DNA of 64,000 nt from Pseudomonadota bacterium (GTDB lineage Bacteria; Myxococcota_A; UBA796; GCA-2862545). The position numbers and the translations under genes were made by a program. This document shows, one piece after another, positions 38,308 through 47,912 of the stretch. The stretch covers positions 150,519 through 214,518 of the forward strand of contig CANNIZ010000002.1 of the NCBI GenBank assembly GCA_947505245.1. The letters are read 5' to 3'. How positions within the stretch are numbered: the first letter of the stretch is position 1; each line of letters opens with the position of its first letter. The notes under the pieces are model-generated. The model saw only the letters and a list, made by a program, of their open reading frames with translations. It made no database searches and was not told where the DNA came from.

Positions 38308-39678
38308 ATGCGTCCGCCCTTCGACATCGCGGCCGATCTCGACACGCCGGTGTCCGCCTTCCTCAAGCTCGGGCCGCTGCGTCCGCGCTACCTGCTCGAG
38401 TCAGTCGAAGGCGGCGAGCGCCTCGCGCGGTACTCGTTCCTCGGCTTCGGCGAAGCCCTGGACGTTCGGCTCGGCGGCGACGCGCTCACGATCGACGGCA
38501 TCTCGACGCCGGTCTCGGACGGGCCTTCGCGACTCGACGCGCTGCGCAAAGCGCTCGCGCGGGCTCCGCGGCCCGGTCCGCACGTTCCCGGCCTGAAGCT
38601 GCTCGGCGGCCTCGTCGGCGCTGTCAACTACGACTTCGTGCGCCGCCTCGAGCGGCTGCCCGCGCGCACACCCGGCGATCCAGAGGCGGCGTTCGTCGCG
38701 TGTCGCTCGCTGATCGTGTTCGACCACGTGTCGCGTCGCGTCGCGATGCTGCACGACGGCACTGACGCCGAGCGGGACGAGCTCTCACGCGAGGTCCGCG
38801 GCCTGCTCGCCGGTCCAGTGCCTGCGGTTCGGTCGGGCCGTCGCTCGGAGGCCGTGCCGTCGCTGACGCGGGCGCAGTACTGCGACACGGTGGAGCGCGC
38901 GCGGGAGCACATCGCCGCTGGCGACGTGTTTCAGCTCGTCGCCGCTGTGCGGTTCGAGGGAGAGACGGACCTTCCACCGTTCACCGTGTACCGCGCGCTC
39001 AGGTCGCTGAACCCGTCGCCGTACAGCTTCTACCTCGATCTCGGCGACCGGCAGGTCGTGGGCTCGAGCCCCGAAGCGCTCGTTCGCCTCGAGTCGGGCG
39101 AGGCCACGCTGAGGCCGATCGCCGGCACCCGTCGGCGCGGTGCCACCGACGCCGAGGACAAGGCGCTCGAAATCGAGCTGCTCGCCGACCCGAAGGAGGC
39201 CGCTGAACACGTGATGCTCGTTGACCTCGCGCGAAACGACCTCGGTCGCGTCGCCGAGACGGGGTCGATCCGGGTGGAGCCGTTCCGCGTCGTCGAGCGC
39301 TACAGCCACGTCATGCACATCGTGAGCGGCGTGCGCGGACGCCTGGCGCCCGGGTACGACATGTTCGACCTGTTCGCGGCGGCGTTCCCAGCGGGGACCG
39401 TCACCGGCGCGCCGAAGGTGCGCGCGATGGAAATCATCGACGAGCTCGAGCCCACCGATCGCGGCCTGTACGCGGGTACAGTCGGGTACTTCGGCGCGGA
39501 CGGCGACATGGACCAGGCGATCGCGATCCGAACGATCGAGATGAGCAACGGCCGGTACGCCGTGCAGGCAGGCGCGGGAATCGTCGCCGACAGCGTGCCC
39601 GAGCGCGAACACGACGAGGTGCTCCAGAAGTCGCGCGCGCTCATGGCGGCGCTCGAGCGCGCGGAGACGGGTCTGTGA
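38308..39678 (+). CDS. trpE: anthranilate synthase component I
   Basis: LESVEGGERLARYSFLGF, VVGSSPEALVR, GAGIVADSVPEREHDE, GAPKVRAMEIIDELE. Confidence 0.92.
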   Translation: MRPPFDIAADLDTPVSAFLKLGPLRPRYLLESVEGGERLARYSFLGFGEALDVRLGGDALTIDGISTPVSDGPSRLDALRKALARAPRPGPHVPGLKLLGGLVGAVNYDFVRRLERLPARTPGDPEAAFVACRSLIVFDHVSRRVAMLHDGTDAERDELSREVRGLLAGPVPAVRSGRRSEAVPSLTRAQYCDTVERAREHIAAGDVFQLVAAVRFEGETDLPPFTVYRALRSLNPSPYSFYLDLGDRQVVGSSPEALVRLESGEATLRPIAGTRRRGATDAEDKALEIELLADPKEAAEHVMLVDLARNDLGRVAETGSIRVEPFRVVERYSHVMHIVSGVRGRLAPGYDMFDLFAAAFPAGTVTGAPKVRAMEIIDELEPTDRGLYAGTVGYFGADGDMDQAIAIRTIEMSNGRYAVQAGAGIVADSVPEREHDEVLQKSRALMAALERAETGL

Positions 39679-40673
39679 AGAGGCTGGTCGAACGGCTGCT
39701 CGACCGGATCGACCTCACGCGGGACGAGGCCGGAGAGCTGCTCGCGGGGCTCGTGAGCGACGACGTGTCGCCCGAGCTCAAGGCGGCGGCGCTCACTGCA
39801 TTGCGCGCGAAAGGGGAGACCGCCGAGGAGCTCGCCGGGATCGCCCACGCGATGCGCGCGCGCGCGCTCAACGTCGACGCGCCCCGCGACCTGCCCGTCG
39901 TCGACACCTGCGGGACAGGCGGGGACGGCAAGGCGACGATCAACGTGTCCACGGCGGCGGCCCTCGTCGTGGCAGCCACCGGACGCGCGCGGGTAGCGAA
40001 GCACGGAAACCGCTCCGTCTCGAGCCGCTCGGGCTCGGCCGACGTGCTCGAACAGCTCGGCGTATCGATCGCAAGCACCCCGCCTCGCGCCACTCGCGGG
40101 CTCGCGGAGCAGGGGTTCGCGTTCCTGTTCGCGCCCGGCTTCCACCCCGCGATGGCCAGGCTCGCGCCCGTTCGGCGCGCGATGGGGCTCCGTACCGTGA
40201 TGAACCTGTGTGGTCCGCTGACCAACCCCGCGCGCCCGGATCGGCAGATCATCGGCGTCTACGACGAGCCTGCGGCGCGGACGATCGCCCACGCGATGGT
40301 GCACCTCGGGGTGGCTCGCGGGCTGGTCGTGACCGGGCTCGGGTTCGACGAAGCGACGCCCTGTGGGCCTTTCCTCGCGCTGCACGTCAGCGCCGAAGGG
40401 GTTCGCGAGTCCGTGATCGATCCCCTCGACCTCGGCTTCGCTCGCTGCGCTCCCGAAGCGCTCGCCGGCGGCTCCCCCGAGGAGAACGCCTCCCTCCTCG
40501 AGGGCGTGCTCGCGGGCGCGACAGGCGCGCAACGCGACGCCGTCGTCTTGAACGCCGCGTTGGCGCTCACGTTGTGCGACCTCGCGTTCGAGGAGGCCCG
40601 CGCGATCGCGGAAGAAGCCATCGACTCGGGCCGCGCGACGGCGCTCGTCAGCGCGCTCCGGTCGGCCTCGTGA
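39675..40673 (+). CDS. trpD: anthranilate phosphoribosyltransferase
   Basis: VDTCGTGGDG, KHGNRSVSSRSGSADVLE. The GTG start overlaps the trpE stop (GTGA). Confidence 0.92.
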   Translation: MKRLVERLLDRIDLTRDEAGELLAGLVSDDVSPELKAAALTALRAKGETAEELAGIAHAMRARALNVDAPRDLPVVDTCGTGGDGKATINVSTAAALVVAATGRARVAKHGNRSVSSRSGSADVLEQLGVSIASTPPRATRGLAEQGFAFLFAPGFHPAMARLAPVRRAMGLRTVMNLCGPLTNPARPDRQIIGVYDEPAARTIAHAMVHLGVARGLVVTGLGFDEATPCGPFLALHVSAEGVRESVIDPLDLGFARCAPEALAGGSPEENASLLEGVLAGATGAQRDAVVLNAALALTLCDLAFEEARAIAEEAIDSGRATALVSALRSAS

Positions 40674-41494
40674 GCGACTTCCTCGCGACGATGGCCGACG
40701 CGTCCCGCGCTCGGGTCGACGCGGCGCAGCGCGCGCGAAGCTTCGCGGACCTGCAAGCGTCGGCGCTGGCGGCGGCTCCGGTACACCGACTCGTGCTCGA
40801 TCGCTTCGACGTGATCGCCGAGGTGAAGCTCAGCTCCCCGTCAGCGGGCGTGCTCGATCGCGGGTCGGCGGACGCCGTCGCGCGGGTCGTGGCTCGGGCC
40901 GCCGCCTACGAGCGCGGGGGCGCCTGCGCCGTGAGCGTGTTGACCGAGCCCTCGCGGTTCGGGGGCGCGCTGGACCACCTCGCTGCGGCCTCGAAGGCGG
41001 TAGCGATCCCGACGATGCGAAAGGACTTTCTCGTCGACGCGTGGCAGGTCTGGGAGGCGCGCGAGGCGGGTGCCTCGGGCGTGCTCGTGGTGTTGCGGAT
41101 CGTCGACGAGCCCACGTTGGACGCGATCCTGACTGCGTCCGCGGCATGTGGCATGTTCACGCTGCTGGAGGCGTTCGACGAACGCGACCTCGAGCGGGCC
41201 GCGGCAGCGGTCGGGCGCGGCGGTGATCGGCTGCTCGTCGGCGTGAACACGCGCAATCTCGCGACGCTCGCGATCGATCCCGAACGCCTCGCGAAGCTCG
41301 CCTCGCGGCTCCCGGCCGGTATCCCCACGGTCGCAGAGAGCGGCCTCACAGGCCCCGCCGACGCCGCGCGCGCCGCCCGACTCGGGTACAAGCTCGCGCT
41401 CGTCGGCACTCACTTGATGAACGACGATCAGCCCACCGAAGCCATCCTCGCGATGTGTCGCGCCGGGCGGGAGGCCACATGCACGTCGGCGTGA
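40670..41494 (+). CDS. trpC: indole-3-glycerol phosphate synthase
   Basis: IAEVKLSSPSAG, RKDFLVDAWQVWEARE, GVNTRNL. The GTG start overlaps the trpD stop. The upstream part of the track ORF was rejected. Confidence 0.88.
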   Translation: MSDFLATMADASRARVDAAQRARSFADLQASALAAAPVHRLVLDRFDVIAEVKLSSPSAGVLDRGSADAVARVVARAAAYERGGACAVSVLTEPSRFGGALDHLAAASKAVAIPTMRKDFLVDAWQVWEAREAGASGVLVVLRIVDEPTLDAILTASAACGMFTLLEAFDERDLERAAAAVGRGGDRLLVGVNTRNLATLAIDPERLAKLASRLPAGIPTVAESGLTGPADAARAARLGYKLALVGTHLMNDDQPTEAILAMCRAGREATCTSA

Positions 41495-42111
41495 AGATCT
41501 GCGGGCTCACGACGGCGGACGATCTCGACGCCGCGATCGACGCCGGCGTCGACGCGATCGGCCTCGTCCTCGCGGCCTCTCCGCGACGGGTCGACCGGGA
41601 GACGGCGCTCAAGCTGCTGGCGCGGGTGCCTCGCGAGGTGGTGCGCGTCGCGGTGGTGCGCGCGCCCGACGCCGACACGTTGACGACGCTGCAAGCGCTG
41701 CCGTTCGACGTCGTGCAGTGTGACGAGGTGGACGTTCCCCTTGTGGCGCCGCTCGGTCGCCCGCTGCTGCGAGCGTTCAGCGACGGCGCCGATCTCGCCG
41801 CGCGCATCGACGCCTCCGGGGTGGGCCGCGGTCCGTTGTGGCACAACGGCTTCCTCGTCGACGGGCCTCGCGGCGGCGGAAAGGGCGAACAGGCCGACTT
41901 CGATCGCGCGCGTAAGGTGGCGAGCCGCGGCGGGCTCGTGCTCGCCGGCGGGCTAGATCCCGAGGTGGTCGGGCTCGTCGTGCGCCACGTTCATCCCGCC
42001 GGCGTAGACGTGTCGACGGGCGTGGAGTCGTCACCAGGGCGAAAGGACAAGGGAAAGATGAAGGCGTTCGTACAGGCCGTACGCGCCGAACAACGCAGGA
42101 GCGCGGAATGA
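41479..42111 (+). CDS. trpF: phosphoribosylanthranilate isomerase
   Basis: [15 protein letters not shown]...GVDAIGLV...LAGGLDPE. It overlaps trpC by 16 nt. Confidence 0.85.
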   Translation: MHVGVKICGLTTADDLDAAIDAGVDAIGLVLAASPRRVDRETALKLLARVPREVVRVAVVRAPDADTLTTLQALPFDVVQCDEVDVPLVAPLGRPLLRAFSDGADLAARIDASGVGRGPLWHNGFLVDGPRGGGKGEQADFDRARKVASRGGLVLAGGLDPEVVGLVVRHVHPAGVDVSTGVESSPGRKDKGKMKAFVQAVRAEQRRSAE

Positions 42112-43283
42112 CAGGGCCCGACGATCGCGGCTATTTCGGCGCCTACGGCGGACGTTTCGTCCCCGAGACGCTCGTGGGTCCCCTCACCCGCCTCGAGGAG
42201 GCCGCGCGTGAGGCGCTGCTCGACGAGCGGTTCCGCCACGACCTCGACCACGAATTGGCGACCTGGGTGGGCCGCCCGACCCCGCTCACCTACGCGGGAG
42301 CGCTGTCCGCGGCCTGGCACGCCGAGGTGTGGCTCAAGCGCGAGGACCTCGCCCACACGGGCGCGCACAAGATCAACAACGCGCTCGGGCAGGTGCGACT
42401 CGCGCAACGGCTCGGCAAGAAGCGGATCGTCGCCGAGACGGGGGCCGGGCAACATGGCGTCGCGACCGCGGCGGCCTGCGCGCGCGTCGGGTTGTCGTGT
42501 ACGGTCTACATGGGCGCGGTCGACGTCGAGCGACAGGCTCCGAACGTGCTGCGCATGAAGCTGTTCGGCGCGAACGTCGTGCCGGTGAAGTCGGGTGATC
42601 AGACGCTGCGCGCCGCCATCGACGAGGCCCTGCGCGACTGGGTGAGCGACCCGGAGGGCACGTTCTACGTGCTCGGCAGCGCGGTTGGACCGCACCCCTA
42701 CCCGTGGCTCGTGCGCGAATTTCAGTCGGTGATCGGCCGCGAAGCGCTGCAGCAGTGGGCGCGCGGGCCGGGCGGCGTCCCCGACGTCGTCGTCGCGTGT
42801 GTCGGGGGCGGCTCGAACGCGATCGGGCTGTTCCACGCTTTCGTTCCGACGTTCGCGCGTCTGTGCGGCTTCGAGGCGGGCGGGCGCGGAACCGGCCTCG
42901 GCGACCACGCCGCCACCCTCGCGTACGGGCGGCCCGGCGTGTTGCACGGCACGTTGTCGCCGCTGCTGCAGGACGCCGACGGGCAGATCCAGGAGACCCA
43001 CTCGGTATCGGCGGGCCTCGACTACCCCGGGGTGGGGCCTGAGCACGGCATGCTTCGCGACACGGGCCGGGCGACCTACGTGGCGGTTTCCGACGCTGAA
43101 GCGTTGGACGCGCTGCAGGCGTGTTGCCGCAGCGAGGGCATCCTGCCGGCGATCGAGAGCGCCCACGCGCTGGCTGGCGCAAAGCGGCTTGCGACCGAGA
43201 GCCCGGGGCAGCGGATGTTGATCGGACTTTCGGGGCGCGGCGACAAGGATCTCGGCATCCTCGCCGGGTTGGGGCTCGTATGA
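42108..43283 (+). CDS. trpB: tryptophan synthase beta chain
   Basis: [45 protein letters not shown] overlap with trpF. Confidence 0.95.
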   Translation: MTGPDDRGYFGAYGGRFVPETLVGPLTRLEEAAREALLDERFRHDLDHELATWVGRPTPLTYAGALSAAWHAEVWLKREDLAHTGAHKINNALGQVRLAQRLGKKRIVAETGAGQHGVATAAACARVGLSCTVYMGAVDVERQAPNVLRMKLFGANVVPVKSGDQTLRAAIDEALRDWVSDPEGTFYVLGSAVGPHPYPWLVREFQSVIGREALQQWARGPGGVPDVVVACVGGGSNAIGLFHAFVPTFARLCGFEAGGRGTGLGDHAATLAYGRPGVLHGTLSPLLQDADGQIQETHSVSAGLDYPGVGPEHGMLRDTGRATYVAVSDAEALDALQACCRSEGILPAIESAHALAGAKRLATESPGQRMLIGLSGRGDKDLGILAGLGLV

Positions 43284-44047
43284 CCGGCGCTGAACGCATC
43301 GCTGCGGCACTCAGCAGTCCAAAACAAGGCTCGACCGCCCTCGTCGCCTACCTCACCGCGGGCTGGCCGACGCGCGAGGGGTTTCGCGACCTGCTCGACC
43401 GGGTCGCAGACGTCGCCGACGTCGTCGAGATCGGCGTGCCGTTCAGCGATCCGATGGCCGACGGCGTCACGCTCCAGCGCACCGCGCGCGAGGCCCTGGC
43501 CGGAGGGGTGACGCTGCAGTGGATCGCCGATCTGCTCGTGGAACGCGGACCCCACGCGACCCCCACGCTCCTGATGGGGTACACGAACCCGTTCCACCAG
43601 TTCGGCTGGCGACGGCTCGCGTCTGCGTGTGGCGCGTCGCTGGACGGGTTCATCATCCCGGATCTGCCGCCCGAAGAGTCAGGTGACTGCGACCGCGTGG
43701 TCGAGGCGTTCGGCCTCGGCATGGTGCGCCTCGTGGCTCCGAACACCCCCGACGATCGGCTCGATCGGCTCGTTGCCGCGGCGTCGGGTTTCGTGTACGC
43801 GGTCACGGTCAACGGCATCACGGGCTCCGCGCTCGGCGACGTCGGCGGCAACCTCGATCGCGTCGCGGCAGCGGCGAAGGGCCGGGGGATCCCGGTGTGT
43901 GCGGGCTTCGGCGTGCGGACGCGCGATGACGTGGCGCGGCTCGGAAAACACGTGGACGGCGTGATCGTCGGCACCGCGCTCGCCGACGTGATCGCGCGCG
44001 GGGAGGACCCGATCGCGTACCTTCGAGGTCTCGTCGGGGCTTCATAG
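43280..44047 (+). CDS. trpA: tryptophan synthase alpha chain
   Basis: [28 protein letters not shown]. Start at MTGAERIAA (ATGA overlap with trpB). The upstream part of the track ORF was rejected. Confidence 0.9.
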   Translation: MTGAERIAAALSSPKQGSTALVAYLTAGWPTREGFRDLLDRVADVADVVEIGVPFSDPMADGVTLQRTAREALAGGVTLQWIADLLVERGPHATPTLLMGYTNPFHQFGWRRLASACGASLDGFIIPDLPPEESGDCDRVVEAFGLGMVRLVAPNTPDDRLDRLVAAASGFVYAVTVNGITGSALGDVGGNLDRVAAAAKGRGIPVCAGFGVRTRDDVARLGKHVDGVIVGTALADVIARGEDPIAYLRGLVGAS

Positions 44048-44117
44048 CCTCCGCAGGCGCGATGCCGTCCAAGGTTCGAGCGCACGCGGGCCACTTTTCG
44101 GGTGGAATTGGCGCCGG

Positions 44118-44675
44118 TCAGGTCACGAAGTGGCCGGTCACCCGCCACACAGCCTGGGCGACCTTTCCCCGCAGGCCCTCCGGGTCCCAGCACGGCGGCC
44201 CGCTGGCCTCGAGCGCTTCGCTCCAGTCCGCGTCGACCGGCCACACCGCAGGGAGGCCCGCCGACAACAGAACTCCGTTGGACGCGAGGAACCCGAGACT
44301 CACGGCGCCGTCATCCACGTAACCGCCGTTCGCGAGCTGCCCGAGCACGAACGCCGCTCCGTCGAGCGCGTCCTCGTCGGCGACCCAGCCGAGCTCGTCG
44401 AGGTAGCCAGCCCATCCGGTACAGCCGCCCACGCCTGGTCCGAACGCGGACACGGGCGTCGCGACGAGCGGGGCATGCAACGCAAGCAGCGTCGCTTCCG
44501 ACAGGTCGAACGCGTCGCGCTCCACGCGATCGACGAGCGCGCGCCAGGCGGCGGCGACCGCGGCGGAATTAGGGGCTCGGCGTCCGAGTGCGACCTCCAT
44601 CCCGACGATCGCGGCCGCAGACTCGTCCGCCACGACGCGGGCCTCGGCGAGGTACGGCCTCTCAGGGCGCATCAA
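44118..44675 (-). CDS. hypothetical protein
   Basis: 185 aa. GC3-rich. No family recognised. It overlaps the next gene by 14 nt. Confidence 0.4.
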   Translation of the reverse strand: MMRPERPYLAEARVVADESAAAIVGMEVALGRRAPNSAAVAAAWRALVDRVERDAFDLSEATLLALHAPLVATPVSAFGPGVGGCTGWAGYLDELGWVADEDALDGAAFVLGQLANGGYVDDGAVSLGFLASNGVLLSAGLPAVWPVDADWSEALEASGPPCWDPEGLRGKVAQAVWRVTGHFVT

Positions 44676-45129
44676 GGACGAACGTGTGGTTGGCCTCCGC
44701 GATCGTCCCTTGTACGTCTGTGAACACCGCGTCGAGCGTGAAGGCCGTTCCGTCGAGCGCCGCGAGCACGCCGGCGTCCTGGTAGGCGTCGTCGAGCGGC
44801 GTCAGGAACGTGTACGACGCGGGCGCGTCGGTGCAGGTCAACCGGATCGACCCGAGGAAGTCCTGGCTTGGATCGGACCCAAACCGAACGCGGACGACCG
44901 CGGTAATCGCCTCGGACGGGTCGAGTCCGCTCGTGCGCGTGTCGAACGCGAAGCGGTAGGCGCCGTCGCCATCGACCTCGATTGGCACGGCGTCACCGTC
45001 TTCGTAGGGCACGAACGCTCCGTCCTCGTGGCCCACCGTGAGGGCAGGATCGCCGCCGCACGGCCCGGGCGGGGCCCCCGGACCGCACCCGCAGATCCGA
45101 ACCAGCAACACCCACGCGAGTTGACGCAC
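44662..45129 (-). CDS. hypothetical secreted protein or lipoprotein
   Basis: GTG start. WVLLVRICGCGPG is a possible lipobox. No family recognised. Confidence 0.45.
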   Translation of the reverse strand: MRQLAWVLLVRICGCGPGAPPGPCGGDPALTVGHEDGAFVPYEDGDAVPIEVDGDGAYRFAFDTRTSGLDPSEAITAVVRVRFGSDPSQDFLGSIRLTCTDAPASYTFLTPLDDAYQDAGVLAALDGTAFTLDAVFTDVQGTIAEANHTFVLDAP

Positions 45130-45200
45130 GCGACCTCCGTCGAGAGCTTCGCATGGACCGGGGCGGCAGGATTCGATGCTTGTGCGAGGTCAACGGGATT

Positions 45201-45279
45201 TGGTTGCCGGATTTCGGCCCCGGAGCGGCAATGGAAGGGCGTTGAACAGCCTCAACCGCGGTTGGTTGCCGGATCTCGG
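45201..45279. repeat. direct repeat TGGTTGCCGGAT[T/C]TCGG x2 (45201..45217 and 45263..45279), with a third partial copy TTGCCGG at 45281..45287
   Basis: Read directly in the divergent intergenic region between the 44662..45129 gene and trpG. Confidence 0.7.
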
Positions 45280-45334
45280 GTTGCCGGCGCCAAGATTCAA
45301 GCTTTCCGACGGGTCAAGCCGATTCGGTGGCCGC

Positions 45335-45404
45335 GTAAATCAGCAATCGTCAATTCCTGACCCCTCGGGGTGGGTAAATCAGCAATCGTCAATTCCTGAC
45401 CCCT
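45335..45404. repeat. perfect 31-bp direct repeat GTAAATCAGCAATCGTCAATTCCTGACCCCT x2 (45335..45365 and 45374..45404), 39-bp period, locally AT-rich, ending 23 bp upstream of the trpG ATG
   Basis: Read directly. Candidate duplicated operator/promoter element or ncRNA. Confidence 0.7.
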
Positions 45405-45427
45405 GTTTGCGCGGATAAGAGGGCGCC

Positions 45428-45988
45428 ATGAACGTCCTGATGATCGACAACTACGACTCGTTCACCTGGAACCTCGTGCAGGCGCTGCGCGGCCTCGGGG
45501 CCGCCGTGGACGTGGTCCGCAACGACCAGATCACCGTCGACGAGGCCCTCGCGCGCAAGCCGTCGCACCTCGTGGTCTCGCCGGGGCCGGGGCGGCCGGA
45601 GGACGCGGGAATCAGCATGGAGGTGATCCGCGCGTTCCTCGGGAAGGCTCCGATCCTTGGCGTGTGCCTTGGTCATCAAGCGCTCGGTGCCGTGTGCGGG
45701 GCGAAGGTGGTGCGCGCGCAGCGGCTGATGCACGGCAAGGCGTCGCCGGTACGGCACGACGGAGCGACGATCTACAAGGGAATGTCCGATCCCTTCGAAG
45801 CCGGGCGCTACCACTCGCTGATCGTGGAGGACCTGCCGGACGTGCTGGTCACCACCGCGTGGACGGAGGAGGGCGAGCGCATGGGCATGCGGCACCGCGA
45901 CTACCCCGCGTTCGGCGTGCAATTCCACCCCGAGAGCGTGCTCACGCCCGAGGGCGAACGGATGCTGGCGAATTTTCTCGCGGTATGA
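45428..45988 (+). CDS. trpG: anthranilate synthase component II / glutamine amidotransferase (TrpG/PabA)
   Basis: MNVLMIDNYDSFTWNLVQ, ILGVCLGHQALG (catalytic Cys), GVQFHPES. Confidence 0.9.
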   Translation: MNVLMIDNYDSFTWNLVQALRGLGAAVDVVRNDQITVDEALARKPSHLVVSPGPGRPEDAGISMEVIRAFLGKAPILGVCLGHQALGAVCGAKVVRAQRLMHGKASPVRHDGATIYKGMSDPFEAGRYHSLIVEDLPDVLVTTAWTEEGERMGMRHRDYPAFGVQFHPESVLTPEGERMLANFLAV

Positions 45989-46488
45989 TGCCGCCGAAAG
46001 GAGGGTGCCTGAACGACCTCACCCACGTCGATGAGCACGGAAACGCGCGCATGGTCGACGTCTCCAAGAAGGAGATCACCGAACGCCTGGCCGTGGCGCA
46101 CGGCGTGATCGCGATGGGTGCCGCCGCGATGGCCGCGGTGGTGCAGCGGACGGCGAAGAAGGGCGACGTCCTCGGCGTCGCGCAGTTGGCGGGGATTCAG
46201 GCTGCGAAAAGGACCGGGGAGTGGATCCCGCTTTGCCACCCGCTGCCGCTCACGTCGGTCGACGTGGTGCTCGTCGCAGAGCCGGAAACAGGCCACGTCA
46301 GCTGCACCGCGACGGTGCGTACGGTGGGCCGCACGGGCGTCGAGATGGAGGCGATGGTCGCGGTGAGCGCCGCCCTGCTCACGGTGTACGACATGCTCAA
46401 AGCCGTCGACCGCAGCATGGAGATCGGCGCGGTGAAGCTGATGCACAAGTCCGGCGGCAGGAGCGGCACGTGGAGCCGAAGCGCGTAG
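45985..46488 (+). CDS. moaC: cyclic pyranopterin monophosphate synthase
   Basis: LTHVDEHGNARMVDVSKK, GDVLGVAQLAGIQAAKRT, IPLCHPL, TGVEMEAM, the MoaC signature. The ATG overlaps the trpG stop (ATGA). The exact start is uncertain: ATG 45985 or 45988. Confidence 0.85.
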   Translation: MMPPKGGCLNDLTHVDEHGNARMVDVSKKEITERLAVAHGVIAMGAAAMAAVVQRTAKKGDVLGVAQLAGIQAAKRTGEWIPLCHPLPLTSVDVVLVAEPETGHVSCTATVRTVGRTGVEMEAMVAVSAALLTVYDMLKAVDRSMEIGAVKLMHKSGGRSGTWSRSA

Positions 46489-47840
46489 CCGCGCCGGCAG
46501 GGCGGGCGTTCACGTTCCTGAAGGGCGTGTACAAGCAGATCTCCGCCCCCGACGATGGCGCGCTGCCGATCCCGGCGCCGGTGCGCGGAGTCGCGCGCTG
46601 GGCGCTCGTCCTGTACCGCGAGCTCGACCGCCACCAGGCGTTCAGCAAGGCGTCGTCCCTCGCGTACGGGACGCTCGTAGCCCTCGTGCCCTTGCTCGTA
46701 CTCGTGTTCGCGGTGCTGCAGTCGTTCGGGCTGCTCGACCTCGACGGCGGCGCGCTCGAACGGCTCGTGTTCGAGACGTTCCTCGGCGACATCCCGATGG
46801 TGCGTCAGATCCTGCTGCCCGGCCTGTCAAACGCGAACTTCGGGGTGATCGGCGCCGTCGGCACCGTCGGCTGGCTGTGGATCAGCTTCCGCATCTACAT
46901 GACCGTGGAGGCCACGTTCTCGGAGATCTTCGGGACGAAGGTGACGCGGTCGCTCGCGCAGCGCGTCGTCACGTTCTACCTGCTGCTCACCGCCGGTCCG
47001 ATCGCGTTCTCGCTCGCGCTGTACGGGAGCATTCAGATGGCGCGGGCCGCTGGCATCGGCCATTGGGACCAGGTCCTCGGCATCCTCGTTCCGGTCGTGC
47101 TGCTCACCGGGTTCATCAAGGCCGTCCCGTCCACCCACGTGCGCTGGGGGCCCGCGATCGCCGGTGGCCTCGTGTCGGGCTCGCTGATTCAGGTGGGTGG
47201 CTTCGCGTTCGCGATGTACCTCAAGCTGTTCGGCTCGACGGATCCGCTCCGGACGCTGTACGGCTCGCTCGGGATCGTGCCGGTGTTTCTGTTCTGGCTG
47301 TGGCTGCTCTGGCTGTTCGTGCTGCTCGGCGCGGAGGTCGCCCACGTCGCGCAGAATTACCGCTCGCTCGTTCGCGCAGAGCTCGAGCAGCGCCGCACGC
47401 GCGCCGAGAAGGTGCGCGTCCCCACCGTCGAGACCGCGATCGAGGTCGCCTCGGCGGCCGCCTGGTACTTCAAGCGCGGTCGGACCCCGATCGACGGCGC
47501 GGCGCTCGCGGAGCGGTGCCGCATCCCGGGCGCCCGGATCGGCGTCGTGCTCGACGTGCTCGAGAAGGCGAACGTCCTCGTACACACGAAGGACGACGGC
47601 TGGACGCTCGCGCGCGCCCCGGAGCTGATCACGGTCCGTGACGTCGTCGACCCGTGGCGGAAGAGCACCACGCTCCGGCGCGGCGCTGGCGACCCGCTCA
47701 CCGAGCAGCTGGGCACGTCGTTGCAGGCGCTTCTGGAGCTCCCCTTGTCGGAGGCCGCTGAGCGTTGGGTGGAGCCGGAGGACGGTGGCACCAGCTTGAC
47801 CGAAGGTCCCGCGCCGGCAAGGGGCACGCCCGGACCGTGA
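46470..47840 (+). CDS. YihY/BrkB family membrane protein with a C-terminal cytoplasmic extension
   Basis: SSLAYGTLVALVPLLVLVFAV...GVIGAVGTVGWLWISF...WLWLLWLFVLLGAEVA, the YihY polytopic pattern. The GTG start at 46470 overlaps the moaC end. The start is uncertain. Confidence 0.7.
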   Translation: MEPKRVAAPAGRAFTFLKGVYKQISAPDDGALPIPAPVRGVARWALVLYRELDRHQAFSKASSLAYGTLVALVPLLVLVFAVLQSFGLLDLDGGALERLVFETFLGDIPMVRQILLPGLSNANFGVIGAVGTVGWLWISFRIYMTVEATFSEIFGTKVTRSLAQRVVTFYLLLTAGPIAFSLALYGSIQMARAAGIGHWDQVLGILVPVVLLTGFIKAVPSTHVRWGPAIAGGLVSGSLIQVGGFAFAMYLKLFGSTDPLRTLYGSLGIVPVFLFWLWLLWLFVLLGAEVAHVAQNYRSLVRAELEQRRTRAEKVRVPTVETAIEVASAAAWYFKRGRTPIDGAALAERCRIPGARIGVVLDVLEKANVLVHTKDDGWTLARAPELITVRDVVDPWRKSTTLRRGAGDPLTEQLGTSLQALLELPLSEAAERWVEPEDGGTSLTEGPAPARGTPGP

Positions 47841-47912
47841 TGTGACGCTCGCTCTTCCCATCCGGGCGAGCACTGAACTGCGGACGCCTCGGACCCGCAC
47901 TATGCTGGGGCG

